A stretch of 64,000 nt of DNA. Origin: an uncultured Actinomycetes bacterium. Lineage in GTDB: Bacteria > Actinomycetota > Actinomycetes > S36-B12 > CAIYMF01. Positions 59,174-64,000 of this stretch are shown here, piece by piece. The notes below the pieces were generated by a model that saw nothing but the letters and a program-made list of their open reading frames with translations, searched no databases and was not told where the DNA came from. The stretch spans positions 5,058 to 69,057 of the forward strand of contig CAWBGJ010000008.1 of NCBI GenBank assembly GCA_963788325.1, written 5' to 3'. Every line of letters starts with the position of its first letter. Position 1 is the stretch's first letter. The translations under genes and the position numbers were made by a program.

Positions 59174-60454
59174 TCAGCCGGCGTCGATCGCCGCCTGGAT
59201 CTCGCGGCCGGCGGCCTTCATCGTCGGTGCTGGCCGTGCGCCCTCCATCACGTCGACCTGCGCTCTGCTCAGAGCCGGCCAGACCGCCTCCATCACGGCC
59301 AGATTGGGGGTGGGGACCGACGCGTCCGCATAGTCCCCGAAACCCTTGAGCACCGGGTCGGCTGCCGCAGCAGTCGTGTAGGCCGCGGTCCAGGCCGGGC
59401 CCAGGTCACCGGGTTTCGCCAGGGCTGTCATTACGGCGCTCGTCATCAGGGTGGTGCTCAGGTACTGGGCGGCAGCGGGGGCGTTGCGGGCGAACGCGGA
59501 CTGCATGAGGCCCACCGAGGTGACCAGGGCCTGGCTGCGGGAGCCCAGCACCTCGTCGAAACCGGGCACGGCCTCGACGGTGAACGGCACACCGGACGTA
59601 CGCACGGGCTTGATCGCCCACGGGCCGGAGATCAGGTAGGGCGACCGGCCCTCGGTGAACGCGGTGAGAGCGCCGTCGAGGGTGGTGTCGGGGTCGAGGG
59701 CGCCGTCCTGGGTGAGAGTGGCCAGCTGGGCGGCTGCCTCGATGCTGCCGGGCTTGCCCACCTCGAGCTCGTCGGTCGTGTAGCTGCCGCGGGAGTCCAA
59801 CCCGAAGATGCGCCCGCCCCCGGCACTGTAGAACGGGTACCAGTGGTACGCGTCACCGTAGGCGCCGACGGGCAGCGCGATCGGCAGGACCTTCTTGTTC
59901 TCGTCCTTGAGCTCCAGACCGGTGCGGGCCATCACGTCGATGGACTCCGGTGCTTGCGGGGCGAGGTCGGTGTTGCGGAACAGGGCGAGGTTCTCGGTGC
60001 CGAAGGGGACGCCGAGGGTGCGCCCCTCCAGGGTGAAGCCGTCGACGGCGACGGGGCGGAAGTTGGCCTGCTGCGTGGTGAGGTCCACGGGAGCCAGCAG
60101 GCCCGAATCGGCCAACTGCCCGACCCACTCGCTCTGGCCCACGAAGAGATCAGGACCCTGGCCCTGGGGTGCGAGGTCGACGATGTTGGTCCGGATCGTC
60201 GAGAGGTCATCGGTGCCCACGGTCTGCACGTTCACCTCGACGCCGGTGGCGAGTTGGTGGGCGGCGGCCGTCGCCTCGAGTGCGGCGGCGTGGTCCGGGT
60301 CCGACCAGATCAGCAGGGAGGAGGTGGCAGGGCTCGCTGAGGCGATGGTCGCTGGGCTGCCAGACGGTGGGGTCGGATCGGCGCCGGAGCCGCAGGCGGC
60401 CAGCGCCAGGATCGCGGTCAGTGCGGCCACGGTGATGGCGGCTCGTCGCCTCAT
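59174..60454 (-). CDS. Second, paralogous sugar ABC substrate-binding lipoprotein
   Basis: 426 aa. Lipobox LAACG, then LIWSDP...PDLFVGQSEWVGQL...LGVPFGTENLAL. It aligns by eye with the MalE-like protein downstream. Confidence 0.8.
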   Translation of the reverse strand: MRRRAAITVAALTAILALAACGSGADPTPPSGSPATIASASPATSSLLIWSDPDHAAALEATAAAHQLATGVEVNVQTVGTDDLSTIRTNIVDLAPQGQGPDLFVGQSEWVGQLADSGLLAPVDLTTQQANFRPVAVDGFTLEGRTLGVPFGTENLALFRNTDLAPQAPESIDVMARTGLELKDENKKVLPIALPVGAYGDAYHWYPFYSAGGGRIFGLDSRGSYTTDELEVGKPGSIEAAAQLATLTQDGALDPDTTLDGALTAFTEGRSPYLISGPWAIKPVRTSGVPFTVEAVPGFDEVLGSRSQALVTSVGLMQSAFARNAPAAAQYLSTTLMTSAVMTALAKPGDLGPAWTAAYTTAAAADPVLKGFGDYADASVPTPNLAVMEAVWPALSRAQVDVMEGARPAPTMKAAGREIQAAIDAG

Positions 60455-60601
60455 GGTCTCCCGCCCTTCCGTCGCCCTGGTTTGCTCTCTGTGCCTGGCG
60501 CTCGCCTAGACCGCCTGCCGCGCATCATGCCGTGCGCAGGTGCGCGTAGCCCAACAACCCTGCGGTGTGCCCTACCCTTGTGCGCGCACCTCGCGGTGCG
60601 T

Positions 60602-60674
60602 GCCGGCGTGGCGCAATTGGCAGCGCACCTGTCTTGTAAACAGGGGGTTCCCGGTTCGAGTCCGGGCGTCGGCT
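60602..60674 (+). tRNA. tRNA-Thr (anticodon UGU)
   Basis: Hand-folded cloverleaf. Acceptor GCCGGCG/CGTCGGC (one G-U pair), D stem GCGC/GCGC, anticodon stem CCTGT/ACAGG with loop CTTGTAA, 5-nt variable loop, and T arm CCCGG-TTCGAGT-CCGGG. No CCA is encoded. Confidence 0.9.
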
Positions 60675-60913
60675 CTGTATTGGGGCAGGTCAGGGGGTGG
60701 TCAGGCTGACGCGGTTTACCCCTGGGGGTATCCAGTAGGTGCCTACAAAGTGCCTACGATCCCCCGGGAGCGCGCGGTTCAGGCCCCTACGGGACCTTGC
60801 GAGACGCCATGTGAGGCCCTTGACGAAGTGCATCTGTCGGATCTCCGGCTCTCGGGATCACAGGGCGGCGGATCGTGCGTCGGCCTCGGTCCCGTGGGCG
60901 GGAGGTCGGTGGA

Positions 60914-62011
60914 CTACTCCGACCCCGAGCCGAAAGCAAGAGCCGTGCCGGCGACCCGCATCTGCGTGTTGTGGACGTGGGAGTAGGTCCTTCGCATGAT
61001 CACCTCATCGTGGCCGTGCCATGCGGCGACGATGTGATCCGGGACTCCAGCGTTACGCATGAACGTCACCGTGGAGTGTCGTGCGGCGTGGAGGGTGTGA
61101 TCGTCCCGCACGCCCTCGGTGGCCTTGCAGAGCTTGCGCCACCGGCGGGTCCAGTCCTCGGGGCGCATGGGCCGGCCGAACTCATTGATCAAGATGAAGC
61201 CGTCGGCGACCTGGTCGGCTCCGTACACCTCGCTCTGCCGCGACCGAAGGGCATCGAGGAGGTCCATGCGCTCCTGGTCGAGGGGAAGGACCCGCCTGCC
61301 CCGCACGGTCTTGGGGTCACCCACCCCTCCTTGAGCGACGCGCCCTCGTCTCACCGTGAGTTCCCCGGTAGTGGCATCGAAGTCGCCCCAGCGAAGGCCA
61401 AGCAGTTCGGAGCGGCGGAGCCCTGCCAGGGTCAGCATCCAGCAGGCCTCCCACGGGTTGCCGATGATGGCTTTGCGCAGCTTCTCCAACTCCGAAGCTG
61501 TCAGTGCGTCTCGCTCCTTCGACGCGCGGCCCATCGGCGTGACGTCCTTGGCGGGGTTGAACCGGAGGACCCCTTTGCGTAGCGCTAGCTCGAAGACCGC
61601 CCGAAGGGTGGTGAGCATCTTGGCCGAACTGCGCCGGGTCAAGCCCTCGTCCCTCATCTTCCGCACGATGTTCTCGATCTGTCGCTCAGTCACCTCTTGG
61701 ATGCGATACCGGCCGAACGCCGCTCGAGGCCTCTTGAGATCTGTCTCGTATCCCGACAGGGTGATCTGGCGGCATCCTTCGTCCCGCTTCCTCTCCACCC
61801 ACTGGTCGGCCCAGTCGTCGAACGTGTCGCGTGTGCGGGCCACGACGTCGCCGAGTTGGTTCTGGGCGTAGTACTGCTCAGCGGCCTCGTACGTGTCGAA
61901 GGTCTTGCTGATCCGCTTGCGTTGACCACCGCGCGTGATCGACACGTAGACCTTCCATCGGATCTGGCCGTTGGCCTTCACCTCGTAGATGGGCTTCCCG
62001 TGTCGCGGCAT
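60914..62011 (-). CDS. int: Tyrosine-type site-specific recombinase (phage integrase family)
   Basis: 365 aa. Catalytic pattern LAGLRRSELLGLRW (R), HAARHS (HxxR), AAWHGH and RRTYSHV (Y). An N-terminal SAM-like domain is present. Confidence 0.9.
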   Translation of the reverse strand: MPRHGKPIYEVKANGQIRWKVYVSITRGGQRKRISKTFDTYEAAEQYYAQNQLGDVVARTRDTFDDWADQWVERKRDEGCRQITLSGYETDLKRPRAAFGRYRIQEVTERQIENIVRKMRDEGLTRRSSAKMLTTLRAVFELALRKGVLRFNPAKDVTPMGRASKERDALTASELEKLRKAIIGNPWEACWMLTLAGLRRSELLGLRWGDFDATTGELTVRRGRVAQGGVGDPKTVRGRRVLPLDQERMDLLDALRSRQSEVYGADQVADGFILINEFGRPMRPEDWTRRWRKLCKATEGVRDDHTLHAARHSTVTFMRNAGVPDHIVAAWHGHDEVIMRRTYSHVHNTQMRVAGTALAFGSGSE

Positions 62012-62012
62012 G

Positions 62013-62435
62013 TCAGTTCTCAGGCGTGAGCCGGCCCGCTACATCCTCCGCTCGGAGGCGCGCTCGGCGGTTGCGTTCGGCCTGGGCTTTGGCGCACTGG
62101 GCCGAGCAGTAGAGGACGCCGGTGGAGTGGCCGGTCTTGTCGTACTTGGCTCGGCCTCGTTGGCGGGTGAACAGTCGGGTGCAGCGCTCGTTGGCGCATG
62201 GGCGGACTTGTCGGTCCTCGGCGATGAGCTGGGCGAGTTGGAGGACGGCAACTTCGTAGGTGCTGGGGGCGTCGAGCAGGGCATCGGCGCCGGGGTAGCG
62301 GACGTGGACGGAGAAGGGCTTGAGCGCGGCGTTCATCGCCATGACGAACGCGCCCCAGGGTTCGGGATCGTCGCTGCGGAAGCCGCTCTGGGTCCAGGCG
62401 TCGATGGGCGGATCAGCCGCTGCACTGCGGATCAC
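62013..62435 (-). CDS. CGNR-like zinc-ribbon protein (possibly the C-terminal part of a frameshifted larger gene)
   Basis: 140 aa. The pattern CANERCTRLF...VLYCSAQCAKAQAERNRRAR resembles zf-CGNR. GC3-rich coding signal extends up to the GTG at 62435, which overlaps the upstream ORF by 23 nt. Confidence 0.5.
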   Translation of the reverse strand: MIRSAAADPPIDAWTQSGFRSDDPEPWGAFVMAMNAALKPFSVHVRYPGADALLDAPSTYEVAVLQLAQLIAEDRQVRPCANERCTRLFTRQRGRAKYDKTGHSTGVLYCSAQCAKAQAERNRRARLRAEDVAGRLTPEN

Positions 62436-62898
62436 ATGGCCGGTCAGGGTCTTGCAGTACCCGCAGGTAATGCGCCTCGAGGAGGAGCGAGTGCGCGCGT
62501 GGAGACGAGGGGCCGTGGTTCTCAGCCGCGGGCGCGAGCCGACGGAGGGCCTTCCGGTTGGTCTCGTCAGCTATCTGGGGGACGAGCCAGTCCAAGCCGG
62601 CGGGCAGGGAATCGAAGGGGCTCCGGAGGTGTGACTCCAGCGGGGTGAGGCGGCCCCAGCGGGACACGAGATCGAACACGGCATCGAGGTCGTCGGGATC
62701 GGTGACCAGGCACTCGCGCAGGCAGAAGTCCTCCGGCAAGACCTCGGTGCGCGGCGGGTTCGGGTGGGGGTCCCAACTGATGAACTCGGCGCCGGGGAGC
62801 CTGCGGAGTTCCTCGACGACCACCGGCGGAAGGCTCGGCGGCTCGGCCGGCCAGACCGTCAGAGTGGGACGAAATGTGGAGGTGTTCGCTCCTTCCAT
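62413..62898 (-). CDS. Hypothetical protein (possible N-terminal part of the same gene as 62013..62435)
   Basis: 161 aa from the internal ATG 62898. I recognise no motif. It is divergent from the xis-like gene. Confidence 0.45.
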   Translation of the reverse strand: MEGANTSTFRPTLTVWPAEPPSLPPVVVEELRRLPGAEFISWDPHPNPPRTEVLPEDFCLRECLVTDPDDLDAVFDLVSRWGRLTPLESHLRSPFDSLPAGLDWLVPQIADETNRKALRRLAPAAENHGPSSPRAHSLLLEAHYLRVLQDPDRPCDPQCSG

Positions 62899-62965
62899 GC
62901 GTCCATCATGTCGTGGCACGGTTATTGCGTCAATCGTCCCACGTTGTGTTCAGGAGGTACATGCG

Positions 62966-63178
62966 ATGAGCAAGCGGCGCGGAGCCAAGGAGAGCCCCAT
63001 CGAGCTCCTCTCGACCCGGCCCACGGTCAGCGTCACCGAAGCTGCGGTGATCCTGTCGATCAGCCGAGGCCAGGCCTACGCAATGGCCAACCGAGGTGAC
63101 CTGCGCGTCGTGCGCATCGGCACCCGCCTGGTCATCCCCACCGATCAGCTGCGCGAGCTGATCGGCGGGGCGGCGTAG
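62966..63178 (+). CDS. xis: Excisionase/MerR-like helix-turn-helix DNA-binding protein
   Basis: 70 aa. An AGGAGG lies 8 nt upstream of ATG 62966. VSVTEAAVILSISRGQAYAMANRGDLRVVRIGTRLVIP is the typical Xis-type HTH. Confidence 0.75.
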   Translation: MSKRRGAKESPIELLSTRPTVSVTEAAVILSISRGQAYAMANRGDLRVVRIGTRLVIPTDQLRELIGGAA

Positions 63179-63201
63179 CCCCCGGACAGGCAGGGAACCC
63201 C

Positions 63202-64000
63202 ATGGAACGCGCGGCGGCCAGTTCCGCCGCCCCACCCCCGGAGCGAGCTCAGACCCGCTCGGTCCCCGGTCTTCACCGCGACGTCGACCCGGTCGCCGCG
63301 CTCGACGCCGTCGCCGAGTTCCTCGACCGATTCGTGGCTTGGCCCAGCGAACACGCTCGGGTCGCGGCCGCTCTCTGGGTCGCCCACACCTACCTGATCG
63401 AGTCGTTCGACTCCACACCCCGGCTCGCGTTCCTGTCCCCCGAGCCGGGTAGCGGCAAGACCCGCGCGCTGGAAGTCATCGGCTCACTTGTGCGCCATCC
63501 GATGCACGCCATCAACTGCACCCCGGCGGCGCTCTTCCGCTCGGTTGCCGACCTGGACCGGCGGCCGACGATCCTGTTCGACGAGATCGACACCATCTTC
63601 GGACCGAGGGCCAAGGATAACGAGGAGGTCCGCGGCTTCCTCAACGCCGGCCACCGACGCTCCGGCGTCGCCTATCGGTGTGTCGGGTTGGGCACCTCTC
63701 AGAAGGTCGCAGCCTTCCCCGCCTTCGCGGCAGTCGCCGTGGCCGGACTCGATGACCTGCCGGCCACCATCGCCTCCCGCGCCATCGTCGTGCGGATGCG
63801 CCGTCGCGCCGCCGACGAGCAGGTCGAGCCCTACCGACTGCGCCTGCACGAGCCGCAAGGGCTGGCCATCGGCGAACGCCTGGCTGAGGCGCTGGACCTG
63901 ATCAATCCCGTCGATGAGCCGCTGCTCCCCGACGGTGTGGTCGATCGACCAGCCGACGTCTGGGAACCACTGCTGGGCATCGCCGAGTCGCTCAGCCCGC
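63202..64000 (+). CDS. DUF3631-family P-loop protein (3' end runs off the window)
   Basis: My own translation from ATG 63202 gives MERAAASS...FVAWPSEHARVAAALWVAHTYL...LSPEPGSGKTRALEV...ILFDEIDTIF. Walker A and B are present. The frame is open to position 64000, so it is not in the ORF track. Confidence 0.7.
   Translation, partial: MERAAASSAAPPPERAQTRSVPGLHRDVDPVAALDAVAEFLDRFVAWPSEHARVAAALWVAHTYLIESFDSTPRLAFLSPEPGSGKTRALEVIGSLVRHPMHAINCTPAALFRSVADLDRRPTILFDEIDTIFGPRAKDNEEVRGFLNAGHRRSGVAYRCVGLGTSQKVAAFPAFAAVAVAGLDDLPATIASRAIVVRMRRRAADEQVEPYRLRLHEPQGLAIGERLAEALDLINPVDEPLLPDGVVDRPADVWEPLLGIAESLSP

Larger units (their letters stand above)
60675..64000. mobile_element. Left end of an integrative element (prophage-like or integrative island) next to tRNA-Thr; the right end lies beyond the window
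   Basis: The tRNA is followed immediately by a tyrosine integrase, an Xis-like HTH protein and a DUF3631 P-loop gene. The region is visibly less GC-rich with weaker GC3 bias than the core genes. The exact att boundary was not determined and probably lies within the tRNA 3' half. Confidence 0.65.

Overview
Very GC-rich, strongly GC3-biased actinobacterial chromosomal segment. Markers are the mycothiol genes mshA and mshD, GlnR, CarD and SenX3-RegX3. From memory, the gene order echoes the mycobacterial blocks Rv0474-0491, Rv0811-0821, Rv2984-2985 and Rv3579c-3584. About 65 protein genes are densely packed on both strands. The ORF track also lists many long Arg/Gly/Pro-rich ORFs antisense to real genes; these are GC artefacts and are not called. 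Left to right: a DUF445 protein, an M20 peptidase, an unknown Rossmann protein, then glgA and glgC (divergent). Next come a small Cys/His protein, an orphan HMA metallochaperone, an HMG-CoA-lyase-like gene, and pstSCAB with a PHO box. These are followed by an SRPBCC protein and a polyphosphate block (ppk, a CYTH/CHAD protein, a Nudix-histidine phosphatase). Then mshD, glnR, a thioredoxin-like protein, and a NYN/OST-HTH gene sitting directly upstream of hutH-hutU-hutI-hutG. After that come DUF4395 and DsrE sulfur-relay-type genes and a tightly coupled run: small membrane protein, nitrobindin, Fur, ygfZ, dtd. Further right are a Pro/Ala-rich protein with MshEN-like motifs, kce plus an asparaginase-II-family gene, and an XRE regulator with a Lys-rich tandem-repeat protein. 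Then DUF2516, an MDR oxidoreductase, gpmA, a ybjN-like gene, mshA, phoU, senX3-regX3, a lipoprotein, and carD-ispD-ispF-cysS-rlmB. The last core block is an esterase, DUF4032, msiK, and a maltodextrin-type ABC/GH13 operon with a second solute-binding protein. The last ~3.4 kb is the left end of an integrative element beside tRNA-Thr(UGU): tyrosine integrase, a CGNR-like zinc-ribbon gene that may be frameshifted, an Xis-like HTH protein and a DUF3631 P-loop protein. It is cut off by the window end. No rRNA and no CRISPR array were seen. The points most worth a second look are listed here. (1) A 14-nt tandem repeat creates a relay of three ATGA-overlapping 5-codon mini-ORFs feeding into the dtd start codon. 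(2) An uncharacterised protein carries two tandem MshEN-like (c-di-GMP receptor type) motifs. (3) Three helically phased copies of a 15-bp palindrome lie upstream of the NYN/OST-HTH gene that leads the hut genes. (4) A 154-bp nested palindromic element has an arm that recurs in the pstS-pstC hairpin. (5) A VNTR-containing repeat protein sits in an hbhA-like position. All functional assignments rest on motif recognition by eye; no database search was run.
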